From Amoebidium appalachense (Eukaryota; Protista; Ichthyosporea), in contig CAVNZM010000002.1 in assembly GCA_963693365.1 (NCBI GenBank), forward strand, positions 4,604,259 through 4,668,258: a DNA stretch of 64,000 nt, in the 5' to 3' direction. This document shows positions 1 to 20,678 of the stretch, in pieces (position 1 is the stretch's first letter; the number at the start of each line of letters is the position of its first letter). Position numbers and translations under genes: made by a program. The notes beneath the pieces were generated by a model that was not told the origin of the DNA, made no database searches, and worked only from the letters and a program-made list of their open reading frames with translations.

Positions 1-1643
1 AAGAACGCCTGCAGCCTACCAGCTAAAACATATTGCTGATAATCGACGAATGAAATGAGCCTAAATTCAGATGGCCATGCGAAATGGAGGCACGCGTTTC
101 AATCGTTTATCAGCATGAAACATTCTTACACAAGATGCCTGTGCTTTTGTGATAATACAAAACTTATCAACAAAGCAAAGTCTTAAGTTTAATGGGTTTT
201 TTAGTTTCCTCTCAGTAGCATAATGGTTCTTTGCAGGGCCATGCATCTTAGAGGCTCAGTGTTGCATGATAATTATTGTGGAGCAGCATTTGCCAACCAG
301 CGGCATGCTGTCCGCCGAGTCGTTGTCACCTGGTGGACCCCAATTCCGCGGCAAATATGTAGCCAATAGACACCCGTTAATTTATCGGCAAGGAAATTAT
401 TCGCCCAATCATATGTCTTCCTGCAATTCAAATATGAAAGGCGAAGCTGCAGAGTCAGTGCAGACTTGCAGTGCCGCAGCGCAGGCTGCATGCAGCTGCG
501 AATTCGAGGACCTCAGGCTGTGACTTCGTGGTTTCAAAATTTAAAGAACGCATCAGGACCAAGTTGTTAATTTACTATAAAAGAGTGTAGGTATCATCAA
601 TTTACAGTATGTAGCCCGGGTAGCTATGTTTTCAGAAGCCGAACCGTGCTTGGAAATTCTATCACGTCACAGTCTGAGTCTCGTGGTGCCATGTCGCGAG
701 GAATGTAAATGGTATGCAGTGACGTCACAATGGGTCTCAGAGGCGAGTCAGCACGGCCCTCTGATGGTCTGACCACGGAGTCAGGCACTCTGGTGCCCGG
801 TGTTCAGCATAAGGCTTGTGACATACACCGTGGGCACACACGTGCACACTGCACACACAAATTTGCACACACAGTTGGAGTTACGAATTACCAAAACTCC
901 CACACGCACATCCGGGCCGCCCCCACCGTGGACTGTCACACCGTTTTTTTTGTACGACTGGCGTGGGTCTCCTGTCACTCTCCTGGCCAGACTCCCAGTC
1001 ACAGGCAGTGATACAGGCTCGGAGCACTTGCCAAATAAAGCAAAAACAACAAACCGAAAGAATGTGCCATACTATCCTGTGATTGGATAAGTCGAGCAGA
1101 CCGATCCAGACCGAGCCACTACCAAGGAGGCCTTGGCCAGGACTCATGCAGGGAGCTAGGCTCAGGTGGCGCCAGTCACCTCATCAATGTGCGAAAAGAA
1201 GCTAATTAGTGTGATGAAAGGGCAAAGAGAAACACTCGCTTGCAGCCTTACTCCTAGCTCACGACCTTAAGTCTGAGAGCTTTGCAGGACAGGCTCACGA
1301 TATATAGCTCACTGTACTGGCTTGCTGACTCCGGATCCGCCGGACCTCTCCGCCCGTGCGGAGTGCGGACACATTATCATGGTTTCGCCCAATCAAAAAG
1401 ACAACTGGTTGGACCTGGCCTGAAGTTTAGCACCCATCTCCCTAGAGCAGTTTGTTTAAATTTCAGTCCTCCGAGACCTGCATACGTCACAGAGGGGCAT
1501 CTGGTGCGATGTCAACCAATCGGATGCGTACGCACCACTTGCCATAACTACATGGCAGAAATGAGGTGAGCTTGGCCACGGCCGGCTTGGCGCAGGCCTA
1601 CTTGTGGGTGGACAGGCAGCGAGACCAACTTGCGGCGGTGAGC

Positions 1644-8286
<6,643 letters not shown>

Positions 8287-8290
<4 letters not shown>

Positions 8291-8390
8291 ATGGCTATTG
8301 GTTTTGACGTTCGATGGGTGTTTCGCCTTTATTGACGTTTGATTGGTGTTTCGCCATAAATGGCTATTGGTATTGACGTTTTGATTGGTG
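8287..8390. repeat. Short imperfect tandem repeat at the 3' end of the ACAD-like gene
   Basis: ATAAATGGCTATTGG occurs twice; TTGACGTT(T)(C/T)GAT(G/T)GGTG occurs three times. Confidence 0.8.
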
Positions 8391-8833
8391 AATCTCTCTG
8401 TAGATGTCTCTATTGCATGAATGATGGGGTTTGCTACTGCCTGGGGCTGCTAGGTGTTCCGTCCCCAAAATCCTGTGTATAGGTACTTGGTGTGCCTGGG
8501 GGGCATCTAAATATGGTCTTATGTGTTTTCTTCATGAACTAATGGTGGGTGTGATGGTCGAGAGGGGAGGGGGGGGAGGGGGGGAGGATTCTCTTTGAAC
8601 CTCTTGTTCGTGTTGTTTCATGATGGATGTTCATATTGTGGCATATTAGCGAATGGCAGATATTCCGAACTTAAATTAGTTTCACGGCCAGTTCCTCGTG
8701 TACACCAAATCATGTAATAATAAACCGTGTGATGACCACTATCAATACATGTTAGGCCGACCCCCAACATCACACAGATGCAGCCCAACCCAGCCCCTTC
8801 GCCTTCTGCGTTCTCCCCCCCTCCCCCCCCCCT

Positions 8834-8918
8834 TGAATGTTTGCCTTTGCATGTGTCCTGCACCATGCTTCTCGTCGTGTATGCGTACTTCGTACCGTTT
8901 TCCGCATTCAAACCCCCC
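8834..8918 (+). repeat. Dispersed poly-C-flanked element, copy nearly identical to 9287-9367 and 17453-17540
   Basis: TGAATGTTTGCCTTTGCATGTGTCCTGCACCATGCTTCTCGTCGTGTATGCGTACTTCGTACCGTTTTCCGCATTCAAACCCCCC. Confidence 0.92.
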
Positions 8919-9228
8919 CAGTCTTCTTTCAGAGGTGTCCTTTCAGGACAGACCACTGTGTGGAGACCGCTTTACTTCCATGCAACCGGGCATGGTTGCT
9001 CTGTGTCGTGCATCTGTAAGCACATACGCATTTTTCGCTGCACTGCATTAGTTTGCACACACATCTGCACCGTTTTGCTCACATTGCTTGCATAAGCAAC
9101 CCTGCTCGTCTTTGATCAAGACGGGTTGACCTGCCCAAGTTCAGTTGATGCTGCTGTCTGAGTTGGAGCGTCGTATATACGCGATCTAAGGGGTCGAAAC
9201 TCAGACGCAATTGATGACTTGGGTCCTC

Positions 9229-9367
9229 CCTGAGGATGGGCTCTGCTTATGACGCATACTGTGCACATGGCTGATGTTGCATACTTGAATGTTTGCCTTT
9301 GCATGTGTCCTGCACCATGCTTCTCGTCGTGTATGCGTACTTCGTACCGTTTTCCGCATTCAAACCC
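9229..9367 (+). repeat. Dispersed poly-C-flanked element with head CCTGAGGATGGGCTCTGCTT
   Basis: Head shared with 17668(-), 34771(+), 46400(-) and 47705(-); body nearly identical to 8834 and 17453. Confidence 0.92.
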
Positions 9368-9441
9368 CCCCCCCCCCCCCCCCCCCCCCACACACACACA
9401 CAAAACCCCCCCCAAACACTACTACTACCACCACCACCAAC

Positions 9442-9491
<50 letters not shown>

Positions 9492-10187
9492 ACCCTTGTG
9501 CACCGGTCTGTGTGTGAGTGCGCACTCTTTCATGCTTATGTGTGTGCCTGTGTCTGCATGTGTGGTGTATATGTGTGTTGTGAATGGGTGGGACACGGAG
9601 TGGCCTATTAGGTGTGTGCCTGTGCGATTGCTGTGTGTGTCACGTGTGTGTAACAGTGTCACCTGGGGTGTGTGCACGCATCTTTTCAGGATTCTTGTAA
9701 TAGTGGCTCAATGGATATGAAGTAGGGTCTTTGTGTGTGTGCCACGGGAAGGGGCCCGAAGAGGGGCCACCCGGGTGGATTGGAGGCTTATAATGGCACG
9801 CCAATTGGCCACACAACACGTACATATGTTTCTGTTATGCGACTTAGTACGTTTAGTGCATGCTGAAAACAACATGAGGGAACCGTTCTGGATACTTCTT
9901 ACACGCCAGGCCCGAATAAGTGGTGAGCGCAAGCGAGCTATCTATGTTCCGGGTACATGTATACGTGTCTAGATGGTTGACAACAATAGTCTGCCAAAAT
10001 ATGCCATATTACAACATGATAACTTATTTGTAATAGATAATGTCCATGTGTAAATCAACTGTTTTTTTACATCCCCGCCATGTGCACGTGCACACCTAAT
10101 TTTCATGTGTGACACCTAATTATCATGTTGTAATAGATGTGTAATGAATGAACTGGCCCTGTTATTTGCTTGCAATGGAGCCCCCCC

Positions 10188-10232
<45 letters not shown>

Positions 10233-10362
10233 ATTGCAAAAAATAATGCTATGATAATAACAATAATAATAATAACTTATAATAATAATAAAATGCACAT
10301 GCATATGTACACCCACATGCACAGCCACAAAGGGAAGCTATCGACAAGCTTCATGCCCCCCT

Positions 10363-10401
<39 letters not shown>

Positions 10402-10559
10402 ATTGCAAAAAATAATACTATGATAATAACAATAATAATAATAACTTATAATAATAATAAAATGCACATGCATATGTACACCCACATGCACAGCCACAAA
10501 GGGAAGCTATCGACAAGCTTCATGCCCCCCCTTCCCCCCCCCCCCCCCCCCCCCCCCCC
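10233..10559. repeat. Tandem duplication of a ~168-bp unit bounded by poly-C
   Basis: CATTGCAAAAAATAAT...GACAAGCTTCATGCCCCCCTTCCCC at 10233 and 10401, one substitution apart. Confidence 0.93.
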
Positions 10560-12107
10560 TTCACGTTTTTTTATTTTTTTTTACACCTAACGGGATGTTA
10601 ATGCTTCATAAACTGCAGTTGCATTTAAATTTGGTCTGCCTGCAGACATTTTCGTTCGTTCTAGGTCCCAGCATGTGCATCACTGTATATTTCAGTATCC
10701 CTGCCTCCCTTTCTTTGCACGCACGACTTCATAAACTAATTATAACTCATTAAGACTATGATATTAAAACGTAAATTTCCAACAAACAGGATCATTTCTG
10801 CACTGGGTACCGTGCACGCGGTTTTCACCATGGCCAGGCCAACCCTACATAGATCGTGCACGTATGTATGTATATATACATGTTACATATGCCGCATGAG
10901 ATGTCAGTTCAAACTCAGAAACAGTGAAGGCCTTCACCTTGCAATCTTGCCAAATTGATTTGCAAGGTGGTGTGGCAACTCACGTGTGCACGTACGTGTA
11001 GCACTACACATGCATACACATGTGGCAAATTTGCTTGCGTGTAACAGTTGTCTAAACCTGCATGCTCGTTGTCTCTCGTGCACATCAGAGTGCACAGATA
11101 TATGCGCATACCCGCCGTACCCCCCATGCGCATACGTGTGATACATGTAAATACATGTACATACGGGCATACGCATGATTGCCCAGATCTGATGATGAGG
11201 TACACATACTGAACATTACAAAATCGTACCCGTATACCTGTACTGAACATATTGATTGTTTCACTTACATTACGTGCCCCTACTAAATATACTCACATGC
11301 ACATCACAATCCAACAAATGTGCATATTCGTGGGTAATCTCGTGGGTAATCTGGAGGGGATCCACACGCATTTATTGGCCACTCCCTCCGGTGAACAGGT
11401 CAACACTGCTAGTGTCATAAACAATAAACTGCTACAAGTATATGTCCATGAACATGCCTACATCGATACCGAGCAGAGAGACAACCCCCACATTATCACC
11501 GTGCACGCTGGTATACGAGAGTAATATGCTATGCCATGGAGGCAAGAACGATTCAACTCAGGTTGAGAACCTGGGGGGGGGGGGGGGGGGGGGGGGGGGG
11601 AGGGGGGAGCGCAAATAGAAAGGGCAGCGGTGATTAATTCTGACATTGCCTGGGGCAGGGAGCATTAACTCTACACACAGCAAATGAAACCTAGTGCCCA
11701 GCAACCCTTGACTGAGGTCAATATTTCCCTAATTGTGCTCAAATAAAATAGGGTTTACACTACATAGCCATAATAATGATTGCGTAGCAAGTTCAAAGAT
11801 GGATGGCAGATCCCCCCCCTCCTCTACCCCCCCCCCCCCCCCCCCCCCCCGGGCGCATCCCTTACCCACACAACATCACCCACCCACCCACCCCACCAAA
11901 CGAGAAAAAAAAGAAGAGAAAAAAAAAAAAAAGGAAAAATAAAAACAAAAACATGCACGAATACAACAGAACCAAACGTGCAAACAAGAGCACAGCATCA
12001 TCGTGACTCAGTAACGACGACACGATGACATGGCTTTTCTTATGTACGCGCCAAAAAAACTGACAGAAATTTCCCATCCAGAAAACAACACACTAACATC
12101 CAACCCC

Positions 12108-12284
12108 TCACTTCTTGTTGAAGAAGTTAGTGATGGACGGCTGTTGCTTTCCCCCCTTGGCAGCCTTTCCCTTTGCAGGGGCCGCCTTCTTTGGGCTTTG
12201 CTTTTTGGCTGGGGGCTTGGGTACCGATTTGGGCTCGGGAGGAACGTAGTTTTCATCTTCGACTAGCACCGTACGTGTTTCTGT

Positions 12285-12342
<58 letters not shown>

Positions 12343-12468
12343 GGGGGGAGGGGGGGGAGGGGGGGTATATATCAATGTGGGTACTGACATGATGGGATGA
12401 CAAGTTCATGCACACACACACGTTAGTGTGTCACACACATACACACCGTGTGTGATGTGTATGTGTGT

Positions 12469-12499
<31 letters not shown>

Positions 12500-15354
12500 G
12501 GGGGGGGGGGCGCGAGCCTGCGCTGCGTGCTTGCTTTCTCGAGAGAGAGCGAGAGAGAGAGAGAGATATTTGGCGGGGATGGGAACGGAAAGAGCTGAGG
12601 GTGAGAGAGAGAGACAAGTGGCGGGAAAGGGGATCCTCACCGAAGTAACCATCTGCTGTCTGATGAGTCTCATGGACAAATTTCTTGCCTGGTGGTGGCT
12701 TAGTGGTGGTGGGCTGGAGGGGAGAGGCTTTATTAGATTTATTCGGCCGGCCAATAGGGACTGGGGTAGGGTGGGGATGGAGATGAATGGTGTTCGGTTG
12801 TAATCAAACGGACGAGGGAGGCGGGGGGGGAGTGAGTTTGTCAAAACATTAAATCTCCACGCAGATCATGCTCTCATGAATATACCACCATTGACGCGCT
12901 CCAGGCGCAGCCCCCCCCGCCCCCCTCTCCCCCCACCCTCCCCTTCCGTCCCCCCTTCCCCCTCCCCACTTCCCACACAGACCTTTCCCTTCTTCCCCCC
13001 TCCCCCCCCGACAGATTTTCGTGCATGTAGGTTTGCATGTAAGCAAGCGAGTGAGTAAGCGAGTGTGAGTGTATGTTATGTATGTTTGTGTGTGTGTAAG
13101 TGTATGTTGGGTGTGTGTGTGTCGTGTGTGCGTGCACGTGCACGCCATGTGTGAGTGCGTGGAAAAAGGATATGGTGGTGGTGGTGGTGGTGGTGGTGAT
13201 GATGATGGGGGGGGGGGGGGGGGGGGGGAAGAGGGTGGGGGGGGGGGGGGGGGGGAGGGCTCCTACTGCTGGAGGTGGTGGCTGTTGCTTTGCCTTTTTG
13301 GCTGCGGCCTTTTCCTTCTTGGCTGCCTCCTCTTCGGCCTAAAAAGGAAACAACTTACGTAAGTAATGGCCTAAAAAGGAAAGCCCTTTGTAAGTTATGG
13401 CCGAAAAAGGGAATATAAGCAGAGACTTTAAAAAGGATAGGCCCCACACAAGCAAGAATGGTGGCAGTGAAGGGATAGAAAGTCAAAACTGTAATGAGGG
13501 AGCACAAGCACACACACACACGTGACACTCACAAGCACACACACACATATACTGACAGACAGGCTCGATGAGAGACATTGAGAAACCAGGCGTGGGAAAC
13601 GGGGTGCTGTGGTAAAGTGTTTGTAAGCGGACAGTGGACGGAAAGCGCAGAAAGGGGGCGAGAGGTGGGTGATGGGGTTGGGGGACAGGTTGAGGGGGGG
13701 GGGGGGGGGGAGGGGGGGGGGGGGGGGGGGGGGGGGAGGGGGGGCAGAGAGACGTGAAAGGGGCTTGCCTTTGACGAGAGAGACATGGCTTGTGAATGCC
13801 ATGAAAAAGAAACAGAAACACCGTGCACCAAAAAAAAAGAAACAGGTTAGAACAGCAAGCATAACCTATGGCTACACACACATGAGGGCTTAGGGTGGGG
13901 TTGCGGTGGGAGGGGGGGGACGGGGGGGTTCAAAGCGGTAGATTACGACATACAAATTCACAGCGGATAAGGCAATGCGGATGCGCGCTCACAGGGAGGC
14001 GGGGGGAAGGAGAGGGGGGGGAGGGGGGAGGGGGGGGGAGGGGTTAAAGGTAACCCACCCTCTCAACGCTAGCCAGAAGTTCATCAGCATCAAAATCATC
14101 ATCAATGTCATCCCCCCCATCCACAAACATCCCCTGCAGCCTTCCACCCTTTTCCGCCCCTTCCGCCTCCGTCTCCACCTCTGCAATCTCATCAGAGTCC
14201 TTCCCTTTCTCCCCTTCTGACTCCCTCTCTGTGACGTTTTCAATCGAGTCTGCAACACTCTTTTCTTCCTCTTCCTTCGGGCTTTCAGTCATTTCAACAT
14301 CCACGTTTTCTTCTTCTTCGAGCGGTTGTGTGGGTGTTTGGTTGGGCGATTCAACCTCTTGTTCTTGTTCTTTCTCCTGCAACCCAAAAACCTCTGTGTG
14401 AGTAATGACAAAGAATAAAAGGAGAAAAGCTTTACCGGTCCGAATCGCGTTAGATTGCACACAAGTGGCCGGCACCGCCCGATTAAATGAAGTCAAAAAC
14501 ATGGCCTTTTATGAACCTAACGAGAACATGGTTCTTTAAAGGAACTCAATGAAACGTGCTGCAAAACGGGAGGGGGAGGGGGCGGAGGGTGGGGTGCTGG
14601 GTCGGGCGTTCCCAAAAAAGGGTTTGGGGGGACGGTTGGGGAGGGAGGAGGAGGAGGGAGGAGGAGGGGGCGGGAGAGGAGGAGGAGGAGGGGGGAGGGT
14701 GGGTGGGTGGGGGGGGGGGGGGGGGGGGGGGGGGCCTAATCGTAAAATTCTCCCATCGCTTAAGACGAGACAACCACCTCGAAGAGGGAGTTCAATTTGG
14801 GTGGTGGATGTGGGTGGGGGGAAGGGGCGGGGGGGGGGGGAGGGGGGGGGGGGGGGGGGGAGCAAGAAAATGATTGAGGGCAGGAGAAGTTTTTAGAGGA
14901 GAAAAAAAAACAAACCCAGGAAGGGGTGGGGGCAAGGAATGAGGGAAACAATTCGAAGTTTTCCCTGGTGGGAAGAGGGGGTGGGGAGGGGAGGGGGGAG
15001 GGGGGGGGGAAAGGTGGTAGAATGAGTGACAGAGTACAAAGCACACAGTCGACAGACAACACCAGGCAGTGCAAACACACACAAAGAGCACACACCACCA
15101 CAGAGCCAATCTTCCCCGGGAGGGGGGGGGGGAGGGGGGGGGGGGGGGGGGGGGGATAATGCATAACTCACCTCCACCTTCTGTTTTTTGGGTGTTGGCT
15201 GCTTGGTCGGCACATCCTCCTCCTCCTCTGAGTCACTTAAGACAGCCCTACGCACCAGCCGTTTGCGCGCTGTGTGTGTGCGTGTTATGCGTGTGTGCGT
15301 GTGTGCGTGTGTGTGTGTCTGCGCGCGCGCGCGTGTGCGTGCGTGCGTGCGTGC

Positions 15355-15397
<43 letters not shown>

Positions 15398-15496
15398 TGT
15401 GCGTGTGTGTGTTAATGGGTATGAGCGTATGAGCGTGTGCAAGTGTGTGTAAATGTATGTGTATGTATTGGGAAAGAGGGGGAAGGGTGGGGTGGT

Positions 15497-15560
<64 letters not shown>

Positions 15561-16299
15561 GGGGGGGAATAGAGAGATAAAGAATGGGGAAAAGGAAAAA
15601 AGGGTGTGAGGGGCCGGAGACTGGTCCCGGAGTAGCACCGGGGATAGGGAGAGGTGGGTGTGGCATTTTTAGTCTGTGTGTGTGTGTTTGTATTGTGCAC
15701 GTGCATGTGCCAGCTGTGTGTGTTGGCCAGAATAGGTGAAACTCCCACGGCAGGGAAGCCAAACGACGGGGGGAGCTTCGGGGAAAGCCAGCGGGGGAGG
15801 GGGGGGGGGGGGGGGGAAAGGAGGGGTGAGCGTTGGAGGTGGGGTGTGGGGGGGTGGTAGAATTGGTTACAGAGCACAAGGTACAAACTTTCGACGGTCA
15901 ACATAAAAATAAAATTCGCACGCACACACAAAAAGAGAATGCATTGGGGGGGGGGGGGGGGGGGGGGGGTTGGAGAGAAAGGACGGGGGGGATGAAGAGA
16001 GATGGGTTAGGGGGCGCTTGGGTGGGTGGGTGGATGGGTGGGTGCGTGGGGGGGGGGGGGGAGAGGGGGGGGGGGGGAGGGGGGAGGAAGGGGGATATAT
16101 TTGTGGGTACCTGGCCGTGTAGTGACGTCATCATCCTCTTCCTCGTCGGACTGTTTTTTGGCCGGTGGGGCAGTCTTGGCCGGGGCCCTGGGGGGAATGG
16201 GGGGGGGGGGGAGGGGGGAGGGGGAAGGTGAGATGTACTAATAAATGGACAACTGAAAAACACCAATGTGGATACGAGGACATCCGTGTGCATGCGTGT

Positions 16300-16350
<51 letters not shown>

Positions 16351-16644
16351 CGTGTGTGGGTGGGTGGTGGGAGGGGGGGGGGAATGTGTCATTGCATGGT
16401 TGCGCGGGTACATGCATGGTGGGTACGTGCGCTTGTGCATGCAGTAGTGCTTACGTGTGTGCGCGCTTCCGCACGTACTTATGTGTCTGTAAGAACCCAG
16501 ACTGGCACGTGTGAAAAATCATAAAAAGTCATGGCTTGGTACCTGCGCACTGCAACCACATACCAAACATCGAAAACCGACCAAATAGTGACACAGCCAC
16601 GGTCTCCATCCATAGCCCTTAAAACAGACACTCACACCATTTAG

Positions 16645-16675
<31 letters not shown>

Positions 16676-17745
16676 TTCCCCCCAAAAAATTAATGAATAA
16701 TGAAATAATGATATAAAAAAGAACGAATCAATCAATAAATAAATAAACTAACAAATAAAATCAAAGCACACCCACCCACACACATACACACACTCACTGT
16801 TTCTTCTCGGCTGGCTTTGCTGCCGGTGCCGGGGTTGGTTTCTTCCCCATCTGCTTTTTCGGCTCCTCTTTCTTGGCCGGCGCCGTATCCACTTTTTCGG
16901 TTTTCTTTTCCGGTGCGGGGGGTTTTTCCACATCGTCTTTCTTTGCTGGTTGGGCTGCGGGTTTCTTGCTGAAAAACCCACCGATCCCTTGCTGCTTTGC
17001 AGTTTTTGGCTTCTCGGCCGGCTTTTCTGTTTGGTTAGTTGCTGTGGCCGCAGGCGTTTCATTGGCTGCCACAGCCGCTGGTGGCTGCTTCTCCTTTTGA
17101 TTGGCCTGATGTCATGCAAACGTTAGTAGGCAAGTACTAAGTTCAACTGGTGACACAACGAATGCTTGAGAAACGCACAAGTAAAAAGCCACACCCATAC
17201 ACACAGCACCCGAACGATGAATTCACATCCGATGAACGATGGACCACACATGCACCGAGGGGGAGGAGGGTTTGCTAATACAGAATACAGTATGAATTAT
17301 ACATCTCCGAAACGATAACGTGATGTGGATTTGCAAAAAAAAACAAAAAAAAAACCAGAAAAGGTAGAGCCCACCTTTGAGAGGGCCGAAGTCAGCGGGA
17401 TGGAGAAAGGAGCGAGAAGAGGATGGAGGGGTGGATGAGGTATGAAGGAAAAGGGGGGTTTGAATGCGGAACACGGTACGAAGTACGCATACACGATGAG
17501 AAGCATGGTGCAGGACACATGCAAAGGCAACCATTCAAGTATGCAACATCAGCCATGGGGGGGATTGTGTTAGAGAGGACAGAGTAAACTTCCATGACGT
17601 GTAACACAATGCAGAGTGCAAAGCACACAGAAACAGTATGCATAATAAGCAGAGCCCATCCTCAGGGGGAAGGGGAGCACGAGAAGGAAAGGCAGGAAAA
17701 AAGCAAGAAAAGCGGATCCCCCCCCCCCCCCCCCTCCTTCCCCCC

Positions 17746-17776
<31 letters not shown>

Positions 17777-18401
17777 AAAAAAAAAAAAGAAAAGAAAACG
17801 AAGAAAAGAAGACGAAACCATACAAAGATGCAGGCAAGAAACACATGTACAAAGACCTTAGAAAGTGGTGATGGTGGTGGTACCCCGGGGAGGGGAAGGG
17901 GGGGAGGGGGGGGGGGAGAGTATTACCTTGTTTCCAAAAAAGGCAGTTGCAGCAGGGTCCTTGGGTATGGGCGGTGCATTGTCCTAACCCAGACAGTCAG
18001 GGCACCAATCAGATCTCAGCATTATGACCCCCAAAAATGGCAAGTGCAGGCCGCGGCTGACTGGCAATCACATACAGAAATGCAATAGTATGCAATTTTC
18101 AACTGAGTTGACACAGGCACATGTATGCTTGATTGGTAATAATTTCCATCCCTTACGGAGCAACCTTCTGAATTTGGGGCCATCCCTTTCTTCATTTCGA
18201 AAGCACGCAGCCCCCCCCCCCCCCTTCCCCCCCCCCCCCCTACCCCCTGGAATTCATTGGGTCATAGATACTTCCATCATCTAGTCATGTTCTCCAGCAA
18301 AGTTGTTCGATCTAAGCCTCTCTCTCTGTCTGTGTCTGTAGATGTGTGTCGGGCTCTCTCCCCCTCTCTGCCCCTCCCAACCCCCCCCCCCCCCCCCCCC
18401 C

Positions 18402-18449
<48 letters not shown>

Positions 18450-19316
18450 CTATCTCTCTCTGTGTGTCTCTTTCTCTCTCTCTGTCTGTGTGTGTGCATG
18501 TGTCATAGCCCACCTTTTTGGCTGCTGCACGGGGGGCTGGTTGCTGCTGGGCTGGGGCAGCAGAGGGGGCTGGACGGGTACGCTGGGTGACGTCAACACA
18601 GTGGATGGCACTCCATCTGTGCACACACGTGTGCAAGTATCCATAATGATGCACACACACATGCAAAAAGCAAGAAGACATCAGCGGATACACAGATGCC
18701 ATGGCAACAGAGATAAAGAGTAAAGCAAGTGTCAGTGTATCGAAAAAAATCCCAGGAAAATCTTATCGTGTACATATACACGGGTCCAGTCAGATTCAAA
18801 AATCATCCCCCCCCCCCCCCCCCCCCCCCCCTCTCTCTCTTTCTCTTTCTATTCCCCTAGCCCCGTCACTCCCCCCCCCCCCTCTTTTCTCCCTCCCCCT
18901 TCGTTCTTGTGCCCTGAATGTGCAAATTGTTCTATATAACTCAAAACCCGAGCCAGACACATGCCCAAAACAAATTAATAGAGAAAAGGCATGGATGCAT
19001 CAGCAGAAGTGCCGGACTCACAACAACTTTGAAAGGGAGGGAGAGTGAGATAGAGAGAGAGGTTGAGGGAGAGAGAAAAGGGGGAAGATTTGGTGGAGAA
19101 TGGGGTGGGTAAGCGTTGGTGGTGGTGGTGGTGGGGAGGTGGGGGGAAGGGGGGGGGGGGGGGGGGGAGGTGTTTACTTGTTCGAATCTTTCAACTTCGC
19201 CTGTTGCTGGTCATAATCAGCGGCATAAAGGGGCCCTGACAGGTCCTGGGAGGAAGACGGTGGGATGAGAAGCACGTGTGTGTGTGCACGTGGATGTACG
19301 TGGGTGCATTTGCATA

Positions 19317-19378
<62 letters not shown>

Positions 19379-19444
19379 CGCACACGCGTGCCACGTGTGT
19401 GCGTGCGTGCGTGCATGCATGCGTGTGTGTGTGTGTGGGTGCGT

Positions 19445-19512
<68 letters not shown>

Positions 19513-20645
19513 CCGTATGTCACTGTGTGTCCGTGAGTACTGGCATGCAGATGTACATGCAGGCATGTGCAGGCTAACGCCTGGGTTTATGTGACGTTGC
19601 ATATGTAAACCAAGAAGATGGGGCTGTGTGTGTAGTCGATCTATCGTGGGTGCCTGTGTGTCAGGTGCATACAGGCGGAGGCGAGGGTGAGGGTTGGTAT
19701 GTAGCATCAGTGAATGTCAGATGAGAAATGTTGCTAATGTTTCATGTGCGTGGCAAGTAAATTCGATAGAAGGGGAAAAGAGCGGCGGCCATGGGAAGGG
19801 GGGAGTACGGATATGGCAGATGTTAAGAAATATGAGGTGATGGTGGGGACGGGCACCGGGGGGAGGGGAGAGAGGGAGGGGGCGGGATGGGAAGAGGAGG
19901 GAAGGGCTATCTAGTGTTAGGTGGAATTGGCGAGCAAAAGGGTGGCTTTGTGTCCATGCGTTTATGTGTGTATCTGTATTGTGGCCCCGTGGAGGCAGGG
20001 GGCCAGGGGGCGGGGGGGGGGGGAGGAGGTGGGAGGGGGGGAAGCTGGGGGAAGGCGGTTGGGTGCTTGGGTTTGGGAGGGGAGGAGAGGGGGGGGGGGA
20101 GTTGCACACCTTTAGTTGGCAGGGCTGAACGCTGTATATGTGGATGAAGGTGAGGGGCTCAAAACGGGACTGGGCAGCTACATGTGGGAGATATTGGTCA
20201 GCATGGGGCCAGGCAGGCAACAGGCGGGGAGGGACTACTAGCTGGGACACCCGACATAACTACTTAACACCCACACATACCTGATACTCCGTCCTAAACA
20301 CCCACCCACACCCATACATACACACACCCGATTCCACACCCACCCACCCACCCACCCATCCGCCTGCCCACCCACCCCGCACACAAAGGCACACATACAC
20401 ACACACTTACAGACAGACAAAGGTACACACACACATGCACGCTCGCACGCACATACGCGCACATACACAGACACACACACACACCACGCACACATGGGCG
20501 CGTACACACATGCAGATACACAGACATAAAGGTACAAACATACACACAAAAACATGTACACTCGCACATGCACATGGACACACCCACACACACGTACACA
20601 CACAAACCCACACACCTACACAGACGCATTATACACACGCACCGT

Positions 20646-20678
<33 letters not shown>

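Noticed and set aside
266-1147. Short ORFs at 266-523, 709-1011, 800-1090 and 881-1147, plus a signal-peptide-like MAHSFGLLFLLYLASA on the minus strand
   Set aside because: No recognisable domain and no consistent splice chain; the region may be promoter/UTR or the start of a gene I cannot resolve.
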